From: Candidatus Aenigmatarchaeota archaeon | Lineage (GTDB): Archaea; Aenigmatarchaeota; Aenigmatarchaeia; GW2011-AR5 | Assembly (NCBI GenBank): GCA_016198685.1 | Contig: JACQID010000004.1 | Location: forward strand, 32,001 to 96,000 | Reading direction: 5' to 3' | Length of the DNA stretch: 64,000 nt | Shown: positions 1 to 8,722 of the stretch, piece after piece | How the letters are laid out: the number at the start of each line of letters is the position of its first letter | How positions within the stretch are numbered: position 1 is the first letter of the stretch | Notes under the pieces: model-generated | Databases searched by the model: none | Told to the model about the DNA's origin: nothing | Seen by the model: only the letters and a program-made list of their open reading frames with translations | Made by a program: the position numbers and the translations under genes

Positions 1-166
1 AGAAGGCTATTTCATCATAGTAGACTGCTCTGCAGAAGGAATTGCAAAGGCACGTGAAATTCTGAAGGATATGATGTTGAAGCATGATAAAAAAGAGATT
101 GTATTGCAGAAAATCGAGGAGCAGGAGAATGCGGCTCTCCAAGGGTTCGGCAGCTTTATGGGATAA
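1..166 (+). CDS. 3' end of a hypothetical protein (partial, ...EEQENAALQGFGSFMG*)
   Basis: Open frame from base 2 to TAA at 164-166, translated by hand; runs off the window edge. Confidence 0.6.
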   Translation, partial: EGYFIIVDCSAEGIAKAREILKDMMLKHDKKEIVLQKIEEQENAALQGFGSFMG

Positions 167-168
167 AT

Positions 169-729
169 ATGGAATCTACTTCTCCTATTACTGACAGAGG
201 GGTAGGCGATTTAGACGATTTTGATGCCTTTCGCGAAAAGAAGTATAATTTTCTTTATCTATGTGAAAATTGCGCAAGAAGTTTTGATTCCATATTGCGT
301 ATGGATATATGCAAGTTTTGCTCATCGCCTCTAAAGCAGCTTTCGGCAAAGCAAAAGCATCCTTTGATCAACGGGGGTTATTTCAGGTATTACTGTCCCA
401 AGTGCGAGAAAAACTTTCTTTCCCCTGTCAAGCATGACGAGTGCCAGATATGCGGGTTTAGAATAATTCATTTCCACAAGTGGGATGATATGCCGCTCAA
501 AGACAAGCTTGCTGTAAAGTTGTTCAAGTTTGTTAATACCACGAAAACAGACAATGATAAAGAATCAGCTATTAAAAAGGCCGCAGAGGCGAAGCCTGAA
601 AACAAGAACCGTCCGATAAACCTCAAATTCCCCGATTTTTCAATGATTCTGGAAAAAGTCAAATCTATGATCCCTGAAAAAAGCCCCGAAACACGCGCGC
701 GCTCGGAAGAAGAATTGCCTACTTTTTGA
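169..729 (+). CDS. Double zinc-ribbon hypothetical protein
   Basis: Four CxxC pairs (CENC/CKFC, CPKC/CQIC) followed by a Lys-rich tail; starts 2 nt after the previous stop. Confidence 0.7.
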   Translation: MESTSPITDRGVGDLDDFDAFREKKYNFLYLCENCARSFDSILRMDICKFCSSPLKQLSAKQKHPLINGGYFRYYCPKCEKNFLSPVKHDECQICGFRIIHFHKWDDMPLKDKLAVKLFKFVNTTKTDNDKESAIKKAAEAKPENKNRPINLKFPDFSMILEKVKSMIPEKSPETRARSEEELPTF

Positions 730-1501
730 CACGCTTCAGGGAAGCGTACATGAACGTAAGAGATGAAATTCCGAAGACTGTAGCGTATGAAAGCATGGTG
801 CTCATGGCAAGGATGCCCAATGATATTACTGTTGCATTGGCCTGAATGGCCTGCGCGGCTGGTATGCCTCCTATCGCCGCCGCTATCGCGGGCCATGAAA
901 ATATTGCGAGGGGAATAAGCGAGACGGCGAAAATTGCCAGTTGTATTCCGGTCAGAACCCACCAGTAGGTGAAGAGGTCAAATTTGTTTCGCATGAAGAT
1001 GCCGTAACTCTCCTTCATGGACTCTATAAGCCCCTTGCTTTCAAGCACGATTATGGGCGTATACATCAGGAACACAAGACCCACGATTATATCAACCGCT
1101 ATGCTTATGAAAGGAAGGCCTACGGCCATGCTTATGGCAGCGCTTATAGTACCCACAAGAATCGTGGCGCCCAGCATCTTGAGATATTTGCTTCTTGCAT
1201 ACTTGTATGAATGATAGATATCAAGATTCTTGCCTTTCCAGTAGTCGTTCGCGTCATGGATATATGCAGTGACAAAGAATATGGCGGCAATGGTCGTGAT
1301 TATCAGTATTATCACGAAAGTCCCTATTGCGGAAAATAACGCGCCCAAGGAGCCGCCTGCAACGCTCACAAGTATGCTCTGAGTTATCATAAGGGCCGCG
1401 AGCAGCATGGCTGCGTTTATTGCGAGCATGGGCACGATCCTGTGTGCTGAGAAGCTGTAGGCCGCCGCCCTGCCGAAAATTTTTCCGTAATCTATTTCCA
1501 T
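719..1501 (-). CDS. Multi-pass membrane protein, paralog of 1503-2366
   Basis: About 6 hydrophobic segments; N-terminus DYGKIFG shared with the neighbour. Confidence 0.75.
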   Translation of the reverse strand: MEIDYGKIFGRAAAYSFSAHRIVPMLAINAAMLLAALMITQSILVSVAGGSLGALFSAIGTFVIILIITTIAAIFFVTAYIHDANDYWKGKNLDIYHSYKYARSKYLKMLGATILVGTISAAISMAVGLPFISIAVDIIVGLVFLMYTPIIVLESKGLIESMKESYGIFMRNKFDLFTYWWVLTGIQLAIFAVSLIPLAIFSWPAIAAAIGGIPAAQAIQANATVISLGILAMSTMLSYATVFGISSLTFMYASLKRVKK

Positions 1502-1502
1502 A

Positions 1503-2366
1503 TTATCGCCTTGGGTGCCTCAACTGGGCATACAGATACGATACCGACGCCATATAAAATACCTGTATATATGCCATGATAGCGGCGATAACAAGCATAA
1601 GGAAGGCAAACATATGCATGGCGGCTTTTACGGTTGTAACAAGAGACTGGATATCTGTCACGCCCGGCGCGAGGGTGATTATGGCAATCAACACTATGAG
1701 CATAAGCGGAACGATTAATATCATGGCCATGACAATCCATATCAACGAGTAGATGACTATCGCTTTGATGTTTTTACGGAACGTGCCGAAGCTTTCCTTG
1801 AGCGAGTCTATCAGGCCCTTGCTCTCCAGAACTATTATGGGCAAATAGAGGAGCAGGGCCAATGAGATTGCGATGTTCACTGCATTTTCTATTATAACCC
1901 TTGCTATCAGGAGGCCGATAGAATCGTCGAATATGCTGGCGATAGAAAGAGGATAGAGGACAATACTGGCAGCAAATGTGACCACATATGTGATCACGAT
2001 GGCTCCCAACGTCTTCAGATACTTGGTTTTGGCATAATGATACGAAGCAGAGAGCTTCTCATAGCGGCCTTTCGAGTGCTGGAATGCATTATGAATGTAG
2101 GCTATGACCAGAAATGTGGAAACAAGGAGAATCGCCACGAAAACGGGGACAAACAGCACAATGCTCCCTATTAGGGAGAGTGCAAAGGTCGTTGTCGCGC
2201 CATAGGAATCCAATATTATGCTTCCCATAAACAGGATGAAAAGGAGCATCGCGGCGTATAGCGTAAACATCGGCAGAATCTTATCGACGGAAAATGCGTA
2301 TTTCAGAGCGCCGCCGAATATTTTGCCGTAATCAACACCCATAAGGACTATATCATCGGATAGCAT
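1503..2366 (-). CDS. Multi-pass membrane protein, paralog of 719-1501 (start may be M-GVDYGK)
   Basis: Shares DYGKIFG, AYIH.A, AKTKYLK/ARSKYLK and PIIVLESKGLI.S.KES motifs with the neighbour. Confidence 0.75.
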   Translation of the reverse strand: MLSDDIVLMGVDYGKIFGGALKYAFSVDKILPMFTLYAAMLLFILFMGSIILDSYGATTTFALSLIGSIVLFVPVFVAILLVSTFLVIAYIHNAFQHSKGRYEKLSASYHYAKTKYLKTLGAIVITYVVTFAASIVLYPLSIASIFDDSIGLLIARVIIENAVNIAISLALLLYLPIIVLESKGLIDSLKESFGTFRKNIKAIVIYSLIWIVMAMILIVPLMLIVLIAIITLAPGVTDIQSLVTTVKAAMHMFAFLMLVIAAIMAYIQVFYMASVSYLYAQLRHPRR

Positions 2367-2400
2367 ATTTAAAGGTGGCTATTCGTATCAATACTTCGTC

Positions 2401-3348
2401 TTAGTAAGGCGACCAACTTATAACATAATTCTCGTAAACGTTGGCCACATCGTAATAGTTATATTCTTTGCCGAACTTTTCCTTGAAATTGTTGAGTATT
2501 TGCCTTAGCACGATTTTATTTTCCACGTGAAGTTCGATGCACAAATCATATCTTCCCAGAACTTCAAAAATGAAGATCACTTTATTCGTCTGGTAGAAAA
2601 ACTGGATTACGTTTGGTATGGAACTATGACTCTTCATATTTATCATTATTTCTATAAATTCAAGCCCAAGCTTGTCAAAATTAGGCATTGCCGAATAAGC
2701 AAATATAATTCCCGTCTGTTCCAGTTTTTTCATCCGATATTTTACTACTCCAGATTCAATCTTTATCATCTTCGCCAACTCTACAAGCTTAAGCCTTCCG
2801 TTAGTGGCCAATGCCTTCATTATAGCTGTGTCAGTTTCATCTGCCCGGTAATGACCAATATCAGTATTGTCAAAAGAACGCCGAGTGCCGGCGCCATTAT
2901 GAAGAAAATGATTGCCGAATTTATGTGTTCTTGCTATGATATGCATATCTTTGGTTGAAAAATACTTTCCGAAATTATTTTTAATGCCAAAAAGAAACTG
3001 TTTGAAGTCTTTCAGTTCCTTCACGGCGATAATAAAATCCAGATCATGCGCCCCGTCACATATCCTCAATTGTAAGCAATTTTTGCTCTCCTTTACGTAA
3101 GATATCAGTTTTTTCTCTATATCCGGCGTTGTATCTACGAAAACCATTGAAAGCTTGTAAAATTTATATGCCATTTTAGCGGCATTGAAAATTGTGTAGA
3201 ATTCTTTTATGTACTCTTGTTCCATGAGTTTGTTTATCCTGAAATTTACCGTTTCCTTGGAACTTCTCAGCTTTTTTGCGATTCGGGTTACAGGAGCTCT
3301 TGCGTTCAAGTCTAACTCATAGATGATCTTTTTGTCAAGAACATCCAT
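2401..3348 (-). CDS. Tandem (double) Lrp/AsnC-family transcriptional regulator
   Basis: Two wHTH+RAM units: LDKKIIYELDLNARAPVTRIAKKL... and DTAIMKALATNGRLKLVELAKMI...YRMKKLEQTGII. Confidence 0.85.
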   Translation of the reverse strand: MDVLDKKIIYELDLNARAPVTRIAKKLRSSKETVNFRINKLMEQEYIKEFYTIFNAAKMAYKFYKLSMVFVDTTPDIEKKLISYVKESKNCLQLRICDGAHDLDFIIAVKELKDFKQFLFGIKNNFGKYFSTKDMHIIARTHKFGNHFLHNGAGTRRSFDNTDIGHYRADETDTAIMKALATNGRLKLVELAKMIKIESGVVKYRMKKLEQTGIIFAYSAMPNFDKLGLEFIEIMINMKSHSSIPNVIQFFYQTNKVIFIFEVLGRYDLCIELHVENKIVLRQILNNFKEKFGKEYNYYDVANVYENYVISWSPY

Positions 3349-3536
3349 GTAATAATAACACGAAAAAAACTTATAAAAACATTTTTTTGTGCAATAATTG
3401 AAATGATATTTTTATATGAAACGAAAGGCAATTAGAAATATAAGACAAAAATTCAAATGCTATATTTGTTCATTTGATCTGCATCAAGGCTCAATTTCGC
3501 AGATTAAGAGATTTTCATACGGCCTATATGAAATTA

Positions 3537-3597
3537 TGCGGCGGGCGCATCGGGCGTTCGCTAAGCCAGATAAAGGCCTATAATGCCGCAGGGGTGA
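3537..3597 (+). promoter_or_regulatory. Candidate structured 5' leader (three-way junction) ending at a GGGGTGA Shine-Dalgarno
   Basis: TGCGGC/GCCGCA closing stem enclosing GGGCGC-ATCGG-GCGTTC and GCC-AGATAAA-GGC hairpins, folded by eye. Confidence 0.3.
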
Positions 3598-3602
3598 AGA
3601 TT

Positions 3603-3680
3603 ATGGCAACAGAGGCGCAGGATGATGCGAGGAGACGCAATATAAGAAAGGCGCAGGAAGCTAGAAAGAGACAAGACTAG
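3603..3680 (+). CDS. 25-aa basic micropeptide MATEAQDDARRRNIRKAQEARKRQD
   Basis: SD GGGGTGA just upstream; resembles the N-terminus of ORF 4419; a GGC-GAAA-GCC hairpin follows the stop. Confidence 0.5.
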   Translation: MATEAQDDARRRNIRKAQEARKRQD

Positions 3681-3870
3681 GGCGAAAGCCTTTCCCAAAG
3701 CTTACATCATTTCAGCTTCCCTTATCGGGGGCTTTGGGATTTTGCGGGCAATCAGGGACTTATTTTAGATCATAGTTCCAAATAGTATTTTTCATAAAAG
3801 TCTTTAATGCAAAATATGCATAGGTTTGAATATACAGGATTTCTCGAAGAACGAAAATTTCCTGCCTAAA

Positions 3871-4206
3871 TCACTCTGATTTTTGATGGCCTTGCCGTCT
3901 CTCTTGCTTCGCTTGCGTTCTATCTTCAGTCTCTTCATCGTCGGTCATTTCTGGATTCTCGCCCATTCCTTTTTTTGCACTACTCTGATTGGACTCTTCA
4001 GCGCTCGTTTGCTCACTTTCTTGATCTGCTGCTTGCATCTTTTCTCCGACTTCATCGTCGCGTTGATTTTTATTTATGTATTGTTCTGGGCTCTGGGCAA
4101 ACATATCCCTCGATTTCTCGTTGGAGAAATAATATGTTTTGCCATTGTGCGTTGCCGTAATGTCTTCTTTTCCTTCCATGCCGTTTACAGGATCTTTATC
4201 TACCAC
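3871..4206 (-). CDS. YHS-domain protein with an acidic low-complexity tail
   Basis: DPVNGM...HNGKTYYFSNEKSRDMFAQSPEQY is a YHS pattern; GTG start at 4206 follows SD GAGGTG (track ORF starts at 4260). Confidence 0.7.
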   Translation of the reverse strand: MVDKDPVNGMEGKEDITATHNGKTYYFSNEKSRDMFAQSPEQYINKNQRDDEVGEKMQAADQESEQTSAEESNQSSAKKGMGENPEMTDDEETEDRTQAKQERRQGHQKSE

Positions 4207-4418
4207 AGCCTTCACCTCGTTTTGTTTAGAATGCACGACTGAGAAATTTTTGGTGTGCAAACAAAATGTATGATGGATAGAACTCTCTTAGGAATATTAC
4301 GCTTGCAATTTATAAATAATTATTCTATTTTCTGGGTTCCCAACCTTAATCTTCTATAAAAAGTTTGAAGATAAAGTAGTTATATTCCTTTTCACCCTCT
4401 TCGAATAGAGGTAATTTA

Positions 4419-4856
4419 ATGACTACGGAATCACAAAGGCGTGCGGCTAAAGAAAATATAAAGAAGGCCCAACGCAGATGGCGTGAAATGAGCAAAAATG
4501 CTAGGTCAATGAAACAGCCAGAGGACCCTAGCCGAAAGCGGCCCGGACAAGAGGGACGCGGCGATTACTACAGGATCATCATACTGCCAAAGACGCGTTT
4601 TACGACGTTCAGAATACATGATGTTGGTCGCCCCAACCATAGTAAACGGCTTTCTGGCATGAAAAAGGACGGCACATGGGAAACGCAGGCTTGGTTGATC
4701 AATAAGCAAGACGGGCATATAGAAAGAGGTAAATTAGTTGCGCATGATCCATCGGCCAGGAGGATATTAAATCAGATAGGAGATGTAAGAAGGAAAAAAG
4801 GTGATATTTTCTATATAAAATCCAAAAGAAAGGATCGCCGCAAATCTTCGCGTTAG
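4419..4856 (+). CDS. Highly basic conserved hypothetical protein
   Basis: SD GAGGT before ATG; Arg/Lys-rich 145 aa ORF. Confidence 0.75.
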   Translation: MTTESQRRAAKENIKKAQRRWREMSKNARSMKQPEDPSRKRPGQEGRGDYYRIIILPKTRFTTFRIHDVGRPNHSKRLSGMKKDGTWETQAWLINKQDGHIERGKLVAHDPSARRILNQIGDVRRKKGDIFYIKSKRKDRRKSSR

Positions 4857-4927
4857 TGAAAATAAACAATACATACCGTTCATTCTGTATTTTTGACTGC
4901 TTTGCTGCCTTGCATCTCTAAATTATA

Positions 4928-5458
4928 ATGAATTTGCTACTGCTGATACCGTTGAGTCTGGTTATTGGCATCTTTATTTACTTCTTGATCGGCGGCTATA
5001 TTCTTGCCATTGTATTTTTCCTGATATGGCTTGATAATCTTGTTCTTAGGTTTCTGATTCCCGGCATGACAGGGATAGAATTCATAACACTCGGCACCGT
5101 ATTAGCGGGCATTGTAGCGGGTCCTACTGTCGGTGCTATTCTGATGTTCATTACAATCCCGCTTATTGGAGGCATTCGTTCGGTCATTTTACCTTCCATG
5201 TCGGATATTCCACCTTTTGTTCCTGCGCCCGCCAATATAATTGATGCTCTTGTAGCGTTTACTGCCGGTTATCTTTCTCATGCGCCTTTGACTCTTCTTT
5301 TGCCGTTACTCCTTCTTTTGAAAATTTTAGCCAATGCCCGGATAGAGAAAACGATTTACGATAAACCCATCAATATAACGGAAGCCGTAGCTAAATTCAT
5401 TTTTAATGTGATTTTTATTTACTTCTTCGGAAATCAAATAAACGCGCTTGTGAGTTGA
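4928..5458 (+). CDS. Membrane protein of unknown function
   Basis: Hydrophobic 176 aa ORF with about 5 TM segments. Confidence 0.7.
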   Translation: MNLLLLIPLSLVIGIFIYFLIGGYILAIVFFLIWLDNLVLRFLIPGMTGIEFITLGTVLAGIVAGPTVGAILMFITIPLIGGIRSVILPSMSDIPPFVPAPANIIDALVAFTAGYLSHAPLTLLLPLLLLLKILANARIEKTIYDKPINITEAVAKFIFNVIFIYFFGNQINALVS

Positions 5459-5569
5459 TGTAAGGCTAATGCGGAGATTAGTTAGGTGTTTTGAATCATT
5501 CAACTGTTGTAGTATTGGATCCTGCGGCTCTTAAAAATTGAATATAAAAAAGAAAGAAAATACTCGCAC

Positions 5570-5977
5570 TCAAGATCTTTCATGTGTAAGGCTATGAAAA
5601 TGTTTTTCCCTTGCAACCTGAATGAACAGAGTATTCACAGCTGCTATATGTTCTGGCAGTAAGGCAGTCGTTGCATAGATACTTTCAATTGCCGTTTTGC
5701 ATTTGCTGTATACATCGGCAAATTCGGCTATTGTCGGATCTATCTTTGTTGTTTCTGCGCCTTGGGGTTGTGGCTGCTGTTCTGGTTGTTCTTCTGCACT
5801 CCAGCCGCATTTTGTATGTCGCTGCCATGATTTAGGTATCCATCCTTCACATTTTGGGCAGTTCTTCCATTTCTGCTTCTGCTGAGGTGCTAGTGTTTGT
5901 TGCGGCATTGTTTCATCTCTTCTTACACTCCGGAAAAGAAGTAAATTTTGGAGCTGGTAAACATATTCACTCATCAA
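5570..5977 (-). CDS. Hypothetical protein with a CxxC-H-C zinc knuckle and Gln/Pro-rich linker
   Basis: CPKCEGWIPKSWQRHTKC motif; T-rich tract downstream on the minus strand. Confidence 0.55.
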   Translation of the reverse strand: MMSEYVYQLQNLLLFRSVRRDETMPQQTLAPQQKQKWKNCPKCEGWIPKSWQRHTKCGWSAEEQPEQQPQPQGAETTKIDPTIAEFADVYSKCKTAIESIYATTALLPEHIAAVNTLFIQVAREKHFHSLTHERS

Positions 5978-6089
5978 AATATTTAAAATTATAGAGATTT
6001 TGCGAAGAAAATACCATGGAATGCAGGCGAAGAAACGTGATGACGGGAATTTTGGCGGGGTTAGTGAATATTTTTGTTTTCAGGCGCGT

Positions 6090-6611
6090 TCAGGCTCTGC
6101 ATTCGCTGCAGAGGAACTTGCTGTCCAGTTCTTCGACGTCGTCAGAGTAGTTCCCGCACGACTCGCATTCCGAGAACTCCATCCGCTCCTGTTCCGCTTC
6201 CGGCTCGGAAATAGTCTGCATTTTTTCAAGGAGGATCTCAAAGAGCGAAGGCTGAACCTTCAGTATATCCGTAGCGGTCACGATCCCCACTATCTTGTCG
6301 CCGTCCAGCACCGGGAGCTTTTCTATGTTTTTCTCGGCAAGCAGCTTGGCAGCCTGTTCAATCGTCTTGTTGGGCGATATCGTTATCACGGGAGAAGTGG
6401 CTATGTCCTTTACATGGCTTCCCTTTCCTTCAGCGACATGTTTGTATATTATGTCCGTGGCCGTAATGATGCCTATCGGATAACCTTTTATGAGCAGTGA
6501 CCCTATTTTTTTATCCTTCATTACCTTTGCCGCATGGGTTATCGTGTCTTCTAATGCGACCGTTTCCACGCCCTTGTTCATGATTTCCCGTACTGTTGGA
6601 TATAATTTCAT
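6090..6611 (-). CDS. CBS-pair protein with a C-terminal zinc ribbon
   Basis: VREIM...IGIITATDI and LPVLDGDKIVGIVTATDIL CBS repeats, then CESC...CSEC; likely start is ATG 6611, not 6764. Confidence 0.9.
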   Translation of the reverse strand: MKLYPTVREIMNKGVETVALEDTITHAAKVMKDKKIGSLLIKGYPIGIITATDIIYKHVAEGKGSHVKDIATSPVITISPNKTIEQAAKLLAEKNIEKLPVLDGDKIVGIVTATDILKVQPSLFEILLEKMQTISEPEAEQERMEFSECESCGNYSDDVEELDSKFLCSECRA

Positions 6612-6669
6612 ACTGACCCTTGTGTAAAACATGGCGAGATTCTTCTTAAAGCTGAATTCCTTGCGTTGT

Positions 6670-6870
6670 CGCGGAGCTATTGCGCTCACGAAGTGGAGGA
6701 GCCCCGTAAATCGTGCAGGACCTGAGTTTTCTTGATGGATACCTTTCGACGGGAAAGGAAACATTCTGTTTGGCGCACTTGATGTCCCATTATTACGTAT
6801 TCATGCGGCACGGCGAAACGGAGTTCTGCAGAAGGTGCACGGCGCGAGGGATAGCTTAGTACTCCCCGTA
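6670..6870 (+). ncRNA. Candidate structured non-coding RNA, family unknown
   Basis: Nested helices 6674-6680/6851-6857, 6681-6685/6842-6846, 6714-6721/6823-6830, 6735-6742/6797-6804 and 6742-6747/6753-6758, with G-U pairs valid on the + strand. Confidence 0.45.
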
Positions 6871-6879
6871 TATTAATTG

Positions 6880-7740
6880 TTATATGTTTCCGTACAAGGC
6901 GTCAAAATTTTTAGAGATGCTGTCCAATATATAGCCAAGTTTAGCCGCGGGTATCTGCGGCACGTACATCTCCATTACGGCGTCGTCTGGCATATGGTTT
7001 AAAAGCCGTCTAGATTCCCTTTTCGTAAGCATATCTCCTCTTTCATTTACTATCTGAATAATGCCTTCCCGAATCGCGTTTTTCAATTTCTTGTCCCTTT
7101 GAAGAAATACGCGTCTTGTAAGACGATCTCTTGTGGTTGATGAACTATCATCCCTTTTCCCCATATATACTAATGCAGAACGAACACGCGGCTTAGGATA
7201 GAAGGATTCTGGGGGAATTGATTCATGAATGCGCACATCATAAATTGAACGAAGCATCATAGCAAGTTTTGTATAGTCGTTGTCTTCAGAAGACGATATA
7301 ATACGGGTGACAAAATCTAGTGGCAAGATAAGACTGGAGGCAGCAGGCTCCTGAACAAAAAGTTTCTGTAAAAGTGGTTCAGAAATCCGGTATGGCACAT
7401 TCGACATGAATTTGTGGGCGGCTGGCCACGGGACGCGAAGAGCATCTCCTGTTATAAGATAGAAATTGTGATAGGATGCCAACTCTTTCGACAACAATTC
7501 ACTAAATCTTGGATCTTTTTCTATTGCATATAATGAATGTGGCATGTCGTTAAGGGCCAATCTTGCAAGATTTCCGTATCCCGGTCCCACTTCGAGAACA
7601 TTATCATAGGAAGTTATCCCGAGTAAATAGACAGTTTCTCTGGATACCGCCGAATCAATAAGGAAGTGCTGGTCCAGATTGACCGTGTCTTGCGATATGC
7701 GATTGTATGCTATTTTATCGGAACCGTCTGGAATTGTCAT
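6880..7740 (-). CDS. KsgA/Dim1/Erm-like adenine N6-methyltransferase (paralog 1)
   Basis: QHFL, VLEVGPGYG, AIEKD, GDAL, SNVPY, SFYPKPRV.SA motifs. Confidence 0.85.
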   Translation of the reverse strand: MTIPDGSDKIAYNRISQDTVNLDQHFLIDSAVSRETVYLLGITSYDNVLEVGPGYGNLARLALNDMPHSLYAIEKDPRFSELLSKELASYHNFYLITGDALRVPWPAAHKFMSNVPYRISEPLLQKLFVQEPAASSLILPLDFVTRIISSSEDNDYTKLAMMLRSIYDVRIHESIPPESFYPKPRVRSALVYMGKRDDSSSTTRDRLTRRVFLQRDKKLKNAIREGIIQIVNERGDMLTKRESRRLLNHMPDDAVMEMYVPQIPAAKLGYILDSISKNFDALYGNI

Positions 7741-7757
7741 TTGTACACCGTATTATT

Positions 7758-8663
7758 CTAAAACATGGCATCGCCATAGCGACTCTGCCAGCTTCGCCCG
7801 CCGCCTCTTGGTTTGTGACTGCCGCCCCATATCCTTTTGGGCTTGGCAGAAGACAAATATTCGAAAAATCTGGTAAATTCATAGCTTGTCAGGGCATCTA
7901 CCCTTTTGTCCATATAGGGGTTTTCAGCTCGCGTTTCCTGAACATATCTATCTATTCCGGCGTCCTGTTCTTCGGTATACTGACTCAAAGCCGCACGAAA
8001 GGCATCTTGAAGGGGCCGTTTATTCTGGTCCCAAACGCACCTCAAAGTGAATAGTGGGAAATCCTTCTTCATAGACATTTTTTCCCGGGGATATAGTCCG
8101 ACTAATACAGCGTTTGTTGAAGGTTCAGGATCGAAGCTTTCGCTCCCGACGTCCATTAAATGTTCGGGACTGAAGTAGGCATTGGTGAGAAGTCCCAGTC
8201 TTGTATCTTTTCTTCTGCAGGCGGAATTCGCGAAATTTTCCCCTACCAACAGGAAGGAAGGAGCAGGTTTTCCGTTAAATAACTTCATCATTAGCGGCTC
8301 CGTTATGTTGAACGGGATATTGCCGACCATCTTATCGTGTTTCGGAAACCTTGCAGTTATGGCATCTCCGTAAATCACGGAAACATTGGGGTGTTCCCTC
8401 TGCACATCTTCGAGGTATTGACGCATTCGAGCGTCCTTTTCTATAGCCACTACCCGGCCTGCGAACAAGGCAATTTCACGAGTAATTGACCCCTTTCCCG
8501 GGCCGATTTCTAATGCAGTTTCATAGGAATCTACATCGGCATGAAGAACCATCTGCCTCGGAATTTCACTATCTACTAGGAAGTGCTGATTTAGGACTTC
8601 TGTCTGGTTAGACGTTGTCATATGATAACCGCAATTAACATCCAGACAAACTTTATAAACCAT
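7758..8663 (-). CDS. KsgA/Dim1/Erm-like adenine N6-methyltransferase (paralog 2; start may be 8621)
   Basis: QHFL, LEIGPGKG, AIEKD, GDA, GNIPF, SFDPEP motifs. Confidence 0.85.
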   Translation of the reverse strand: MVYKVCLDVNCGYHMTTSNQTEVLNQHFLVDSEIPRQMVLHADVDSYETALEIGPGKGSITREIALFAGRVVAIEKDARMRQYLEDVQREHPNVSVIYGDAITARFPKHDKMVGNIPFNITEPLMMKLFNGKPAPSFLLVGENFANSACRRKDTRLGLLTNAYFSPEHLMDVGSESFDPEPSTNAVLVGLYPREKMSMKKDFPLFTLRCVWDQNKRPLQDAFRAALSQYTEEQDAGIDRYVQETRAENPYMDKRVDALTSYEFTRFFEYLSSAKPKRIWGGSHKPRGGGRSWQSRYGDAMF

Positions 8664-8722
8664 AGTCTGGTATCTGCCTTCTGACCGCAGAGTCTTTTTA
8701 TTTTTTCGGGATAACCAATTAT

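Noticed and set aside
6612-6764. N-terminal extension of the CBS protein
   Set aside because: It overlaps the structured segment; the CBS domain starts at MKLYPTVREIM (6611).
6670-6870. Naming this segment RNase P or SRP RNA
   Set aside because: It lacks a proper GAGGAAxxUCC/ACAGAA..GGCUUA P4 pairing and the SRP helix-8 CAGG-GNRA-AGCA motif, so it is kept as an unknown ncRNA.
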